Positions 28,372 to 39,289 of a DNA stretch of 64,000 nt are shown piece by piece. The stretch comes from a bacterium (GTDB lineage: Bacteria > Acidobacteriota > Blastocatellia > HR10). Both the position numbers and the translations under genes were made by a program. Numbering within the stretch: the stretch's first letter is position 1; every line of letters begins with the position of its first letter. The DNA is taken from the NCBI GenBank assembly GCA_041640655.1, contig JBEPZV010000001.1:154845-218844 (forward strand), in the 5' to 3' direction. A model generated the notes under the pieces. That model saw only the letters and a list, made by a program, of their open reading frames with translations, did not search any database and had not been told where the DNA came from.

Positions 28372-29028
28372 GCCCCAAAACTCGCGCCGCCAAACCCTGA
28401 GACCCGGCGGAGCAGTCATCCCCGTGGCAACCCGGTGACCTCTCTCGCTCGCGCATCCTCCCCTCACGATCCAGGTCAGGCGTTGAATTCGGCTTCACTC
28501 GAATGGAGTCCGGATGCCTGCCCTGGCACGTGCTGCGCCTCTTCTCCATCCCTGCCTCTTCGTCCACGGCCCTGAGGGGTTCCTCTCACACCCGGAGCGC
28601 GACGCTTGATCTCAACGATGGATCGAGCCCTCTCAGCCTCTCCCCCTTCCGGAGCGAACCCGCGCTGTCGGGAGATCGCTATGCGTCCTGAAAATGTCAA
28701 TAGGTATCTCCGGCACATAGCAGAAGAGCATGCGGCGGTTCTGGCGAGCGGTGCGATTATACGCGTGACTGAAGTGCGTATCCAGATTCGCACTCTCCCC
28801 TTGCGAACAGAGGAGTAGTCGCCATGGCGCAGAAGCCTAACACTCGCTCCAGCCGACCCGCCGCGGCAGGCGGCTGAGCCTGGTCGTTAGGCGGCATTCC
28901 GGGTGCCAAAGGAGGAGCGCGATGAACCATCCACGGCAATCGGTGATGGACATTTGGATCATACGGGTTGGAATCCGGCGAATCACAAGAGTTGTCGGGT
29001 TCTAGAAAATCTCACGAAAGGAGGGAGT

Positions 29029-29664
29029 ATGCGACGGAGAACGTTTCACTCGATGACGAAAGTGGGGGCGATGATCGCGCTCATGGGGATGTATGCTTGG
29101 GGTGTGGAGGCCCGTCTCTCCCAAGCGCCGCCCGTCCAGGATTCACGCCTGGAGCCGGCGCTCCAGCAAGCCCGGCAGGTGGCCAATGAGTTGGCCGACA
29201 CAGTTCGCCGCCTGCTGTTCAAAGAGCTGGAGAAAGGAGGATATGCTGATGCGGTGCGCGTTTGCTCGGAAGTGGCCCAGGACATCCCGCGCGAGTTCAC
29301 CGCTCGCACCGGTCATTCTGTTCGCCGCGTGAGCCTCGGCTATCGCAATCCCAAGGATGTGCCCGATGACTATGAGCGGCAGAAGCTCGAAGAATTCGAC
29401 CGCCTCAATCGGGGGAAGAAGCTAGAGAACGATTACTTTGAGGTTGTGAAAGAAGGCGAGCGTGAGTATCTCCGTTATCTCAAGCCACTCATTGCCGGGC
29501 CGATGTGTCTCACCTGTCACGGCGAGACGGCGAACATCCCGCCGGAGGTGAGGGCGATTCTCGCTGAGAAGTACCCTGAGGACCGAGCGACCGGCTATCA
29601 CACGGGCGACGTGCGCGGAGCTATCAGTGTGAAGATCGCCTTGCCGCCGGGCAAGCCTCAATGA
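29029..29664 (+). CDS. DUF3365-like secreted protein with CXXCH heme-binding motif
   Basis: ATG 29029 after AAAGGAGGG; signal peptide; motif PMCLTCHGE. Confidence 0.45.
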   Translation: MRRRTFHSMTKVGAMIALMGMYAWGVEARLSQAPPVQDSRLEPALQQARQVANELADTVRRLLFKELEKGGYADAVRVCSEVAQDIPREFTARTGHSVRRVSLGYRNPKDVPDDYERQKLEEFDRLNRGKKLENDYFEVVKEGEREYLRYLKPLIAGPMCLTCHGETANIPPEVRAILAEKYPEDRATGYHTGDVRGAISVKIALPPGKPQ

Positions 29665-29681
29665 TGTCTGGAGGAAGATGA

Positions 29682-29891
29682 ATGGTGACCAAAGAGACGC
29701 TCATTGAAGACATCGTCAGCCAGCACCCGGAGTCGGTGCGGTTTTTGTTCGAGAAGGGAATCAAGTGCATCGAGTGCGGCGAGCCGGCGTGGGGAACGCT
29801 GGAGGAAAACGCGCGGCGGAAAGGTCTGGATGAGGCGGCAATTGAGCGCCTCGTCCAGGAGTTGAATCAGTGGCTGGTTGAACACCCGTGA
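29682..29891 (+). CDS. DUF1858-like small protein
   Basis: 69 aa with CIECGE motif, resembling DUF1858 small redox-associated proteins; ribosome-binding site GGAGGAAG. Confidence 0.5.
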   Translation: MVTKETLIEDIVSQHPESVRFLFEKGIKCIECGEPAWGTLEENARRKGLDEAAIERLVQELNQWLVEHP

Positions 29892-30613
29892 CGCTGCTTG
29901 GTGAAAGTATCACCCGTGTCCAGCTTCACCAGGACTGTCGGCTGATTCGGCAGTTGATAGACGATGTAGCGGAAGCCGGTTGCCACGTGACAGCCGTTAC
30001 AGAAATTGACCATGTTGGTGAAATTGGTCTGGAAAGCGTTGAAACCCTGGTTGACGATGCCTTCAGTCCGCCCCTGCACACTCGGTCTTCAACCGAGCCA
30101 TCGTCTGCTCTAGCTCGGCCAGATGGTGCTTGAGCTGCTTTGTATGCTTTCGTACCACTTTGGGAGCCATCCGGTTGACATCTTTCCTGAGGCGCTCCAG
30201 ATCATTCAACACCGTGCTCATCTCCTTCATCGTGGATTCCGAACCTGGTTGTTTACCCCTACCGGCAATAGCGTTCTTTCCAAGAGCCGAGGGAACAAAG
30301 TCAGGAAAAGCACGACACGCTGCTGACGCTGTTTGTACTGCCTGTGCTCTACCGCCGGTTTGAGAAGGAGTGGGCCGAGGTGGAGATCGAGCTGGATTTT
30401 GTTGACACGACAAGCCGCGCCAGTTGACCCACCAACGGCGGCAAATGCCCCGACCGACTCGGCCCTCGACGCATCTGGCTTGGCCGGTTGTGAAATCGGG
30501 CGCGTGCCACATCACCAACGAGATCCATGCGTTAATTGGTCTCTCTAAATTTGCCTACGGCGTTCATTCCTCGCTGGCATGATATTTGCTTATCCGCATA
30601 GGCGGAGGAAGAA

Positions 30614-31009
30614 ATGAAAGAATTGGAGAAAACACTCAAAGCGTTGGCTGATCCAAGCCGATTGAGAATCTTGAACATCTTGTTCCACCAAGAAGTCTGT
30701 GTTTGCGATCTGCAATCGGTGTTGGGATTGCCCCAACCATTGCTTTCCCGGCACTTGGCGTATCTCCGAAACGCGCACCTGGTGCGAGACCGTCGAGACG
30801 GTCCGCGCGTGTGGTATTCGCTGGCGCTCGATGACGAAGTGGGACGCGCAGTTCGAGAGTTTCTTCAGAGAGTGTTTCCACTTTTTGAAACCTTTCAGAC
30901 AGATTCAGCGAGAATGCGGCAATTTACGGAGAGTTGCGCCACCCCGCGAGGACATCAAAAGCTCCATCGGCGGGCCAATAGCTTAGCATTCGAGGAGATG
31001 ACATCATGA
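30614..31009 (+). CDS. arsR: ArsR/SmtB family metalloregulator
   Basis: LADPSRLRILNIL winged-helix motif plus metal-binding CVCDL; lower-GC segment. Confidence 0.85.
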   Translation: MKELEKTLKALADPSRLRILNILFHQEVCVCDLQSVLGLPQPLLSRHLAYLRNAHLVRDRRDGPRVWYSLALDDEVGRAVREFLQRVFPLFETFQTDSARMRQFTESCATPRGHQKLHRRANSLAFEEMTS

Positions 31010-32052
31010 TGAAGGACCTCATCCTGGCCGGTGTCGTGGCGCTCAAAGATTACATCGCGCTGCATGTGATCACCTGTCTTATCCCGGCCTTTCTGCTGGC
31101 GGGCGCGCTGGTGACGTTCATCTCGCGCGAGGCCATCATCCGGTATCTGGGTGCGGCGGCGCGCAGGATCACCTCGTTTGGGCTGGCGTCGGTGGCGAGC
31201 TTTTTCGTGGCGGCCTGTTCGTGCACGGTCATTCCCGTGTCGAGCGGAATTTACTATGGCGGAGCAGGCATCGGGCCGGCCTTCATCATCCTGTGGGTCG
31301 CACCCGCGGCCAACATCCTGGCGCTCGTCTACACGGGAGCGATCTTGGGCGGGCAGATGGTGGCCGCGCGCATCGCCGCAGCGCTCACCATGGCCTTTGT
31401 AGTGGGCACCGTCATGAGCCTGGCCTTTCGGCGGGAAGAGTCCACTCGGGCTTCAGCCTTTGTCGCCCATCCGGGCGAGAAGGTCATGTCCCGGAAAGAT
31501 GTGATCTTGATTCTGCTCATTGTGGCCGACTTGCTGGCGCCGAACTACCTCATTCGCAGCGGGCCGTATCTTCACAAGGTTTACGTATGGGCCGTGGGCA
31601 TGGTGGTGATCGCGATCTATGCCTACTTGACCAAGAGCAGAGAGGACATCCTCGCCTGGGTGAAGGAGACCTGGTGGTTTGTGCGCGTGATCTTTCCGCT
31701 GTTGCTTGTCGGTGTGTTCATCGTCGGCGTCATCGGCGCGATTCTGCCCCAGTGGTGGATTCAGAACTGGCTGGGTGGTTCAGGGATTTTCGCTTCGTTT
31801 CTGGCCACTCTGATCGGTGCCATCAGCTATTTTGCCACCCTGACCGAAGCGCCGTTTGTGGACAAACTCATGAGCTTGGGCATGGGCAAAGGGCCGGCCC
31901 TGGCGCTGTTGCTGACGGGGCCGGGCTTGAGCCTGCCCAATTGGCTCGCCATCGGGCGTGTGTTCGGAGTGAAGAAGGCCGTCATCTACGTCATCACCAT
32001 CGTCGTTCTCGGCACATGTGTGGGATGGTTTGCCGGGAACGTGATTTTCTAA
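31006..32052 (+). CDS. arsP: DUF318/ArsP-like permease
   Basis: Multi-TM permease with the conserved CSC motif (AACSCTVIP), as in organoarsenical efflux permease ArsP; ATGA overlap with arsR. Confidence 0.65.
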   Translation: MMKDLILAGVVALKDYIALHVITCLIPAFLLAGALVTFISREAIIRYLGAAARRITSFGLASVASFFVAACSCTVIPVSSGIYYGGAGIGPAFIILWVAPAANILALVYTGAILGGQMVAARIAAALTMAFVVGTVMSLAFRREESTRASAFVAHPGEKVMSRKDVILILLIVADLLAPNYLIRSGPYLHKVYVWAVGMVVIAIYAYLTKSREDILAWVKETWWFVRVIFPLLLVGVFIVGVIGAILPQWWIQNWLGGSGIFASFLATLIGAISYFATLTEAPFVDKLMSLGMGKGPALALLLTGPGLSLPNWLAIGRVFGVKKAVIYVITIVVLGTCVGWFAGNVIF

Positions 32053-32155
32053 ATGGAGCTTCGTAGCGCCGCCCTCTTGGTGGCATGCCGGGAGAGAGAC
32101 GGGCGCTACGGTGATAGGCGACGAAAATCTTGAACGTGAAGGGGAGGGAGCCGAG

Positions 32156-32440
32156 ATGAGAATCGAAGTGTTAGGTCCGGGATGCTCTCGCTGCCATAAC
32201 ACGTTGAGGACTATTGAACACGCGCTCCAGGCGCTCGGCGTCGCCGCCGAGGTCGTTCATATCCACGACCCACGAGAGTTTGCCACCCGGGGAGTGCTTT
32301 TCACCCCCGCCGTCTTCATCAACGGTGTGATGAAAGCATCGGGGCGAATTCCCAAGCTGGAAGAAGTGAAACAGTGGTTGATGGAGTGCCAAGAAACGAA
32401 CACACAGAAGGGCGAAAGATCGAGCGAGGAGTCGCCGTGA
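32156..32440 (+). CDS. thioredoxin-like redox-active disulfide protein (small, CXXC)
   Basis: MRIEVLGPGCSRCH motif, about 94 aa; this family commonly pairs with DUF318 permeases. Confidence 0.65.
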   Translation: MRIEVLGPGCSRCHNTLRTIEHALQALGVAAEVVHIHDPREFATRGVLFTPAVFINGVMKASGRIPKLEEVKQWLMECQETNTQKGERSSEESP

Positions 32441-32939
32441 CGCCGTGAGGTTTCACCAACGACGAGGGACTCCATGGAGTTGAGCATGTCGCCTGACCGA
32501 TGCGAAGAAACGATGAAAAATTGGTGTGCCTCTCCCCCACGGCAAGCCCGATTTTCGATGACTACATCGCCGAGGCTCAGGTATTGAGGCTGCTTTTCTT
32601 CTACCCGCGACCATCACGTTCGACATTCGCGCCGTGCGGCCACGCAAGCTGGCGGCCATGCGAGCGTATCGCAGCCAAAGCCACCTCGTGAAAGCGTTGC
32701 GACAGGATCATGTGGCGTGGCACGCGCCGCAGGAATACTTTCATCGGGCGTTCCCTGCGTTGTCCGAACAACATCAAGAAAGCACGGAGGCTGTCATGTG
32801 CGCGTAATCGTGAGTCGGAAGTATGACGGAGCGATTGGAGCAACAAGCTGAGGCGTTACACCAGATGGTCACCGAGTTGGTGAAGGAATACCCCTTTCGC
32901 GACCATCAAGAAATCTGCTGTCATGGTATTTCCGTCTCG

Positions 32940-33206
32940 CCGGACGATGCGCTGGCAGCTCTCAATGAGTCAAAGAAACTGACGAAGGGGAATTGGCCGA
33001 GCCGATGCACCGGATTATCGCTCGATGCGATTGATCTGTTTGAAATCAACGAAGCGTTTGCGGTGGTAGAGCTGGCGGCGATTCGACCGCTCAAACTCGA
33101 TCCCCAGAAGGGGAACGTCAATGGCGGCGCGGTCGCCTTTGGTCCTCTGACGCTCTGCATCGGCGGCGGCGAGGCCGTGGCGATGGTGGTGGAACGAGCA
33201 TCCTGA
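32940..33206 (+). pseudogene. thiolase C-terminal remnant
   Basis: [36 protein letters not shown]...[13 protein letters not shown] matches the thiolase C-terminal domain; no N-terminal part present. Confidence 0.5.
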
Positions 33207-33330
33207 GGTTAGCCTGGAGGGCGGCGCGCGCTCACCGTGGAGCGCTACTGGTGTAATCACAGCCGACATTTCAGTAAGGCGGCTGTTGAACGATAGAGAG
33301 TCATCACCCAGGACACGGTAAGCGATGGCC

Positions 33331-36300
33331 TTACACCTTCACCACGTTCACGCGCGTGTCGTAGAACGAGACGCTGCCGCCGACGGTGTCAACCATGCAC
33401 GTGTTCTTCAAGTAGTCGTCCACGCGCATGGCCGCATTGGCGTGGACGCCCTGAGCGCGACGCTCGTCGCCGGGAATGCGCACACCGTCAATCATGATGT
33501 CGCTTGAGCCGACGGCCCAGTGGCCAAAGCCCAGCGCAAAGCTGACCACTCCAGGACGTATTCCCAGGACCGGTTTGACCGTGCCGATCATCGGCACGCG
33601 CCGTCCGTTCTTCAGATCCCACACCCCATTGGGATTCGTCGCCGAGACGATCTTCACCCGGTCACCGTCTGCCAACCCCATTCGGTACGCGTCCTCAACG
33701 TTCATCAAGACGAAGTTCTCCGGCATCAGATCGAGCAGCCAGTAATCCACCACCGTGCGCGATTTGGTGTGGAAGATCTCGCGGTGCGTGATCAGATGCA
33801 GGGCGAACCCTTCATCCCTGACCTCGCGCCCCAGCGCATCGCGAATGGGCAGGTACACGGCTACGCCCGGCAGGTACTCTCCCGTCATGGCGCTCCTGGT
33901 GGTCGCCACTTTCTCCAGGTAAATGCTGGCCAGCTTGCCGTACTTGGATTTCGCCTGATCGCCGACCCAAGCATCGCTGTAGTTCTCGAAGCGCCCCCCG
34001 CGATTGAGCACGTAGATGACCTTGCGCCACCACCGGGAGCCGACGATCTGCTCCCATCGCGCGGGATCGAAGACCGTTGGCGGCAAGTGCCGCCGGGCTT
34101 TCAGGAACAGCTCGACCTCCTCATCGCTGGCATCCGGCACCGCATCCGTGCCATCGGATTTGTCGCCGAAGGCGATGTTGGCGACCACGCGGAGATGAAA
34201 ATCCTCCGGACGCTTCAAATCTTTCCCCGGCTCGAATCCGTTCGGACCGAATCCCGGCAATCCCATCTTCTCGGCCAGGCCGAGCAACAAGGCTTCCAAC
34301 GAGAGCGGCATCTCCTCGCCGAACACGGTGACGGTTTCCGTGAGCGGTGCGACGACCGGCTGGCGCACCGGCGAAACCTTCTGCGGAATGGAGGGATGCG
34401 AGCCGTGAAATTCCCAGCGCTCCAGGTAGGAGAGGTCGGGGAAGATATAATCGGCGTACATCGAGGTCTCGCCGATGATGATGTCGCTGGCCACGATGAG
34501 GGGAATCTTGTTCGGATCGGCGAGGATCTCGATGTTGGTGTGACCGGCCGGCAGCGCATAGACCGGCGATCCCATGTAGATGAAGAGCGCCTTGATGGGA
34601 TAGGGATAGCCATCACCTGCTGACGGGATGATCTCCTGATAAATGTCGCTCGCAAACGGATACCAGTTGCGCGGTGCCGGATAGCCCGAGAAGAGGGTCG
34701 TCTTCTCGTAATTCACCTCATGCCGGATGATACTGATCCCAAACGGCGTCAGCTTCGCCGGATGCTTGCCCAGGTTGAACGGCTTGCCCGGCGTCGAACC
34801 CATCTGATCATACGTCCCACCGCCATAGATCATGCCGCCTTTCCAATCGAAGTTACCGATGAGCAGGTTGACGGTCATCACCGCCAGCACGTTGTAGAAC
34901 CCGTTGGTGTGCTGTGCGACGCCGCGATGCGGCTCCATGACGGCGCGTTTGCCGTGAGCGGTGAACTCGCGAGCGAGATCAACGATGTCTTGAGCAGCAA
35001 TGCCGCAGATCTGGGCCCACTCCTCAATCGTTCGCGAGGCCGCCGATTCGTAAACGAGTTGCAGCGCGCTCTTGACGCGAATGCCGCCGACCACCGCATC
35101 GACAAAGAGGTCGCCCTCCACCACCGTCTGCTCATCGTCAACCTTGAACGCCCGTGGCTGGCCATTTCGGAGCACGACGAAACTATCGGCGTCGCCCAGT
35201 CCAATTTCATCGGCTCGCAGGAATTTCGAGGGCCGCCCATCGGCCTCGATCTTGACGAGCCAGGACGCATTGGTCCAGGTCGGTTCATTGTCGGCTCTGG
35301 CCGCGCCTCGGTTGGCGTTCTCCAGGAACCTTCGATCATACCGCTCGTTTTCGATGATCCAGCGGATCATGCCCAGGGCGAGAGCCGCTTCCGTGCCCGG
35401 TTTGATCGGCACCCACTTCCAGGCTTTCGCGGCGGTCTTGGAGAAACGGGGATCAACAACGGCGATCTTCAGCCGGTTGTCCACGGCCCCTTTGGTGATC
35501 TTCCCGGCCTTGAACGGCGGGCCGTAGTTGGCTTCCAGCGGGCTCGCGCCGATGTAGATGATGAACTCGGCGTGGGCCGTGTCCGCCATCCAGTAGGCTT
35601 TGCGCCCGCCCGTCCATTTGCCGCCGGTGTACTGATCGCTCATCGCCTTGCCGGTGAAATAGAGCGACCCCTGACACACCGTCGTGTGGCCGTGCGCGTT
35701 GATCGAACCGAAGCTATCGCGGACGAACCGGCTGATGAATTCCGCCCTTCCGGCTTTGAGTCGGCCCCACATGAAGACGAGTTGATTATTCTTCGGGCCG
35801 AGATCGGGATGATCGGGGTCAATCAGCTTGTCCAAGTGCGCGGCGTACTTGGCCTTGAACTCCTCGACGGTCATTTTCTTGTCCCAGATCCGGGCCACAT
35901 CATCGGCCATGGATTTCATCAACGCCGGGTCGCGCACGGCCCACAGCTCCCGCAGTCCGGTGACCACGCGATTCTCTTCACCGGGGACATGGGCGAACAG
36001 CAGGCCGCCGTTGACGATCTCCTCGATGGCTTGTTCAAACGGAATCGTCATCCACTTGTTCTCGCCGCGACGGCCCGCTCGCTTGAGCACTTTGACGACA
36101 CGATACGGATCGTAGTGCGTTTGAATGCCCGCCTGACCTTTGGGGCAGATGTGTCCGTCCACGGTGGCCATGTCCAGCGGCGAGCTGTCATACGCCACAT
36201 GCGGCCACATCGCGCGCGGCCCGTAGGGGCTGCCGTCAATCTTCACCACCACGCCGTCGAGAATCTTGGCTTTGATCTCGCAGCCGGTGTTGCACTGGAG

Positions 36301-36555
36301 GCAAGTGGTGTAGAGGACATTCTCCGCCTTCGCCAGTTCGTACTCCGGTCCCGGAGCCTGCGCCTGAGCCGGCGCGAAGATGTTGTGCATCCATTTCGCT
36401 CGGCTGGCCAGGAGCGCGGAGCCACCGAGCAGGGCCGAGGTTTTCAGCACAGCTCGCCGCGTCGCGCAAAAGGTCGGATCACTGATGTTCTCGCTCGACG
36501 GCGTCGGCGACGAGTTTTGAGAAGCGGTGCTGTCGGTGAGCATTCTCTCTTTCAT
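33331..36555 (-). CDS. molybdopterin oxidoreductase catalytic subunit (PsrA/TtrA/ArrA-type), TAT-exported
   Basis: Twin-arginine signal TRRAVLKTS; 4Fe-4S motif C-x2-C-x3-C (CLQCNTGC); about 1075 aa. Start at MKERML after AAGGAGG. Confidence 0.8.
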   Translation of the reverse strand: MKERMLTDSTASQNSSPTPSSENISDPTFCATRRAVLKTSALLGGSALLASRAKWMHNIFAPAQAQAPGPEYELAKAENVLYTTCLQCNTGCEIKAKILDGVVVKIDGSPYGPRAMWPHVAYDSSPLDMATVDGHICPKGQAGIQTHYDPYRVVKVLKRAGRRGENKWMTIPFEQAIEEIVNGGLLFAHVPGEENRVVTGLRELWAVRDPALMKSMADDVARIWDKKMTVEEFKAKYAAHLDKLIDPDHPDLGPKNNQLVFMWGRLKAGRAEFISRFVRDSFGSINAHGHTTVCQGSLYFTGKAMSDQYTGGKWTGGRKAYWMADTAHAEFIIYIGASPLEANYGPPFKAGKITKGAVDNRLKIAVVDPRFSKTAAKAWKWVPIKPGTEAALALGMIRWIIENERYDRRFLENANRGAARADNEPTWTNASWLVKIEADGRPSKFLRADEIGLGDADSFVVLRNGQPRAFKVDDEQTVVEGDLFVDAVVGGIRVKSALQLVYESAASRTIEEWAQICGIAAQDIVDLAREFTAHGKRAVMEPHRGVAQHTNGFYNVLAVMTVNLLIGNFDWKGGMIYGGGTYDQMGSTPGKPFNLGKHPAKLTPFGISIIRHEVNYEKTTLFSGYPAPRNWYPFASDIYQEIIPSAGDGYPYPIKALFIYMGSPVYALPAGHTNIEILADPNKIPLIVASDIIIGETSMYADYIFPDLSYLERWEFHGSHPSIPQKVSPVRQPVVAPLTETVTVFGEEMPLSLEALLLGLAEKMGLPGFGPNGFEPGKDLKRPEDFHLRVVANIAFGDKSDGTDAVPDASDEEVELFLKARRHLPPTVFDPARWEQIVGSRWWRKVIYVLNRGGRFENYSDAWVGDQAKSKYGKLASIYLEKVATTRSAMTGEYLPGVAVYLPIRDALGREVRDEGFALHLITHREIFHTKSRTVVDYWLLDLMPENFVLMNVEDAYRMGLADGDRVKIVSATNPNGVWDLKNGRRVPMIGTVKPVLGIRPGVVSFALGFGHWAVGSSDIMIDGVRIPGDERRAQGVHANAAMRVDDYLKNTCMVDTVGGSVSFYDTRVNVVKV

Positions 36556-36568
36556 CGTCACCCCCTCC

Positions 36569-37516
36569 TTATCGGTGACACACGCGGCAGGATAGCAGTC
36601 GGCGCACATTGGGCAATTCGTCCTCGATATAGAAGACGCGCGGCTGAGTCCCGGCGCTGGCCTTCACCTGCATCACCTTGTGCGTGGCCAGCAATTCGGA
36701 GACGAGACTCTGCGGATCATTCCTGTCGCCGAAGGACATCGCCCCGCCGATGCAGGTGGTCACGCAGGCCGGCAACATCCCGGCGTTGAGCCGATGCAAA
36801 CAGAAGTGGCACTTGCGCGCGCGGCCGACCGGCGTCTGACCGCCCGCGCGCGTGTACTCGCCTTCGTATTCGTAGAACCTGCGCGTCTCGTAGGGCTGCG
36901 TCCCGCCGGGTGTATCGCTCGTGTAGAAATCACCGTCGTCGAAATAGAGGGCCGTGTATGGACAGGCCTGACGCGCGGCCTCGAACGCTTCGCGCGAAGT
37001 GAATTTCGTGTAATCAATCGCCACGATGCCGTCGGGCCGCTTGGTGATCGCCCCCGGCGGGGCCGCTCTCATACAAGGCGGGTTGTCGCATTGCATGCAG
37101 TTGGTCGGCATGAACACGCGATTGAGGTTCGGGTACGTCCCGAATTCGATTTCGGGAACCGTTCGATAGGAAACGCCCGGCGGCGTCACATTCTCGGCTT
37201 TGCACGAGACGACGCACGCCTGACAACCGATGCAACGGCGCGGATCAATCACCATCACCCAGCTTCGCTCGGCGACCGGCTTGGCCAACGCCCGCTTCAA
37301 ATCTTGTTGCATGCGTAAAAGGGCATTTTCGATCTGGGCCTGGTCGAGTCGGGTCTCTCGGGCCAGACCGGCAGCGGCTGTCTTCAGCGATGCGCGGTTG
37401 TCCCGGGCGACTTCGGCCAGTAGCGCTCCGGCCGCTCCCACCCCCACCAGTTTCAAGAACTTCCTCCTTTTGGCACGGCGCGTAGGCTCGTTCATCGTCG
37501 CCTCCTTCTGTGCCAT
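36569..37516 (-). CDS. 4Fe-4S ferredoxin-type iron-sulfur (beta) subunit of molybdopterin oxidoreductase, TAT signal
   Basis: RRKFLKLVGVGAA TAT motif; multiple CxxCxxCxxxCP clusters. Confidence 0.8.
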   Translation of the reverse strand: MAQKEATMNEPTRRAKRRKFLKLVGVGAAGALLAEVARDNRASLKTAAAGLARETRLDQAQIENALLRMQQDLKRALAKPVAERSWVMVIDPRRCIGCQACVVSCKAENVTPPGVSYRTVPEIEFGTYPNLNRVFMPTNCMQCDNPPCMRAAPPGAITKRPDGIVAIDYTKFTSREAFEAARQACPYTALYFDDGDFYTSDTPGGTQPYETRRFYEYEGEYTRAGGQTPVGRARKCHFCLHRLNAGMLPACVTTCIGGAMSFGDRNDPQSLVSELLATHKVMQVKASAGTQPRVFYIEDELPNVRRLLSCRVCHR

Positions 37517-37779
37517 CCTGAAATAGAGCCGCCCTCATGGGCGACCTGCAGTTCAGGGTTTAGCAACATCCATGCCACGCCATCACTCTCCACGAGAGCG
37601 TGATAAAACTGACGGCATTCGCGTGAGTTGGAGATCCCGGTGGATCCGAAAGAGCGGACGAACACGGGGTATTTCGCCCAACCCGTGCGCGAAATCGCAT
37701 AGGTTCAGGTTCGGGGTCGGTGATCCGGTGCGATTATCATTCAGGGTGTGTGGTTTGAGCGCATGTGCGAGGAGGGGGT

Positions 37780-38057
37780 ATGCGCTTGGCGCGGTATCGT
37801 TGGCAGGGCCGGGAATCGGCAATGCGGGACGAAACCTCCTGCCGGGTCCGGGGTGGGTGAACTTCGATTTCTCCGTGATCAAAAACACCTATGTGACCGA
37901 GAGCGTCAATCTTCAGTTCCGAGCCGAGATCTTCAATCTCTTCAACCATCCGAACTTCTTCAACCCGGAGCGCTTCTTCGACACGCCGCTTTTCGGGAAG
38001 GTGACGGCGGCGGCGGATCCTCGGCTCGTCCAGTTGGCGCTGAAGGTGATCTTTTAA
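37780..38057 (+). pseudogene. TonB-dependent receptor C-terminal remnant
   Basis: GNAGRNLLPGPGWVNFDFSVIK...LQFRAEIFNLFNHPNF...LALKVIF is the typical last ~90 aa of Acidobacterial TonB-dependent receptors; no upstream barrel or plug. Confidence 0.55.
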
Positions 38058-39138
38058 ACGCAGCGCCTTCGCCGGGAGTGACGGCTCGTGCGCCTCGGTG
38101 GGAGGCGGGTCGTCACCCCCTGGTGTGGTTCGCCGGATCTCGCGCGGGGGCCTCATGAGGATCGCGGCAAGAGGCGCGTCCCGGATCAAGAGCAGGGCGT
38201 GGACGAGCCCGCTGTCAGATACAGGCGCAGGGAGCGCGCAGGCCGCTTGCCGATCATACCACAGCCGGAGCCGACGCAAGGGGAAAGGGTCCGGGCAGCG
38301 GTTCGCCGTCCGCGCATCCGGTCCCAGACGGCGCGCCAGCTCGCTCGCGTCAAGGCCGATGCTATGGGGAGGGGGGTGAGGGTGCTCGTTGGATTGGTCG
38401 TCGGCGAGCGGCCGAGGGCCAGGTCCAGGCTCTGTGTGAAGGCACGAGTGGCTGTCCAGATTGTGGAGCCGTTTTGCTGGGAGCGGGGGGCTGATGAAGG
38501 TCCCCATCTGGGGCTGTGCTCTCGATGGGGTTCCCTGAAGGTCCCCTCCGTTTCGACCTTTGGGCGGATCATCGTGCGCGACCCTCAGAAGATGTGGGTC
38601 AGTTGGGGGCGCTTGGACGCGTGGGGGGTGAAAAGGATGGACTTTTGGTGCCCGGACACGATCGTGCGGGTACTGGAAGGGTCGAGGCGAGACATTCTGA
38701 TTCATAGTCCTTGCCGATGGTGCCGGCGTGTGCGCGCCGGTCGCTAGTGCAAGAGGGTGGGGGGGGGTCTTTCAAAAGCTTCTCCGAAGTGCTGGCCGTA
38801 GGCGGATTCGGCCATGCCTCTGGGGGGCTTGCGGGCGTCGTGGACGCCGACAACGGGCCGGAGATTAGGGAGGCCAGGCTCACGGGCGGCGAAGGCCTAG
38901 GGCACTTCGCCCTCCACCCTTGCTCGCCCAAACAAGACGCCGCTCTCGCTTCAATCGCACCCTGCGGGGAACCTTCGTAGACTTCCACGAAGAGCTGCTC
39001 CTTACGGACCACAACGCCTTCAGCCGCCGCCTCGCCGCCTTCCTGATCGCTTCCAACATTTCTATCTCCCCCTCAATCTGCAACCCCCGTCCGGGCCTTC
39101 GCCCGTTAATCTGTCCCAAAGATACAGATCCAACCCTC

Positions 39139-39166
39139 TTGACAGGAGATCGGGGCGTGCTATAAT
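39139..39166 (+). promoter_or_regulatory. consensus sigma70-type promoter TTGACA-N16-TATAAT
   Basis: cTTGACAggagatcggggcgtgcTATAATtg, immediately upstream of the truncated P-type ATPase at the GC-content transition. Confidence 0.4.
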
Positions 39167-39289
39167 TGTTTTGCCAAACGAAAATAAGTTTTATTGTACG
39201 AAACATGAAACGGCTGCGCGCGACGTCGGATCGGTACGTGGTCGAGGCCGTTGTGAAGGCGCTCGAGCTGTTGGATGCCTTCCAAGAGG

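Noticed and set aside
29867-30518. Minus-strand small ORFs with a CNGCH (CXXCH) motif and a short coiled-coil peptide
   Set aside because: No signal peptide, no convincing start context, and the pieces are in different frames. Possibly a decayed cytochrome gene; not reported as a feature.
34720-36789. 689-aa plus-strand ORF antisense to the molybdopterin oxidoreductase
   Set aside because: Antisense to a strongly supported gene; low-complexity translation.
38088-39130. ORFs 38088..38747 (plus) and 37737..38705 (minus) in the high-GC stretch between the TonB-dependent receptor remnant and the island
   Set aside because: No recognisable domains, Arg/Pro-rich translations, and no ribosome-binding sites. 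Most likely non-coding or decayed DNA.
39166-39289. Annotated start of the P-type ATPase ORF at 39166
   Set aside because: The first ~40 residues ([17 protein letters not shown]...) have no ATPase homology. Homology begins at DKTGT, so the gene is treated as a 5'-truncated pseudogene, not an intact short ATPase.
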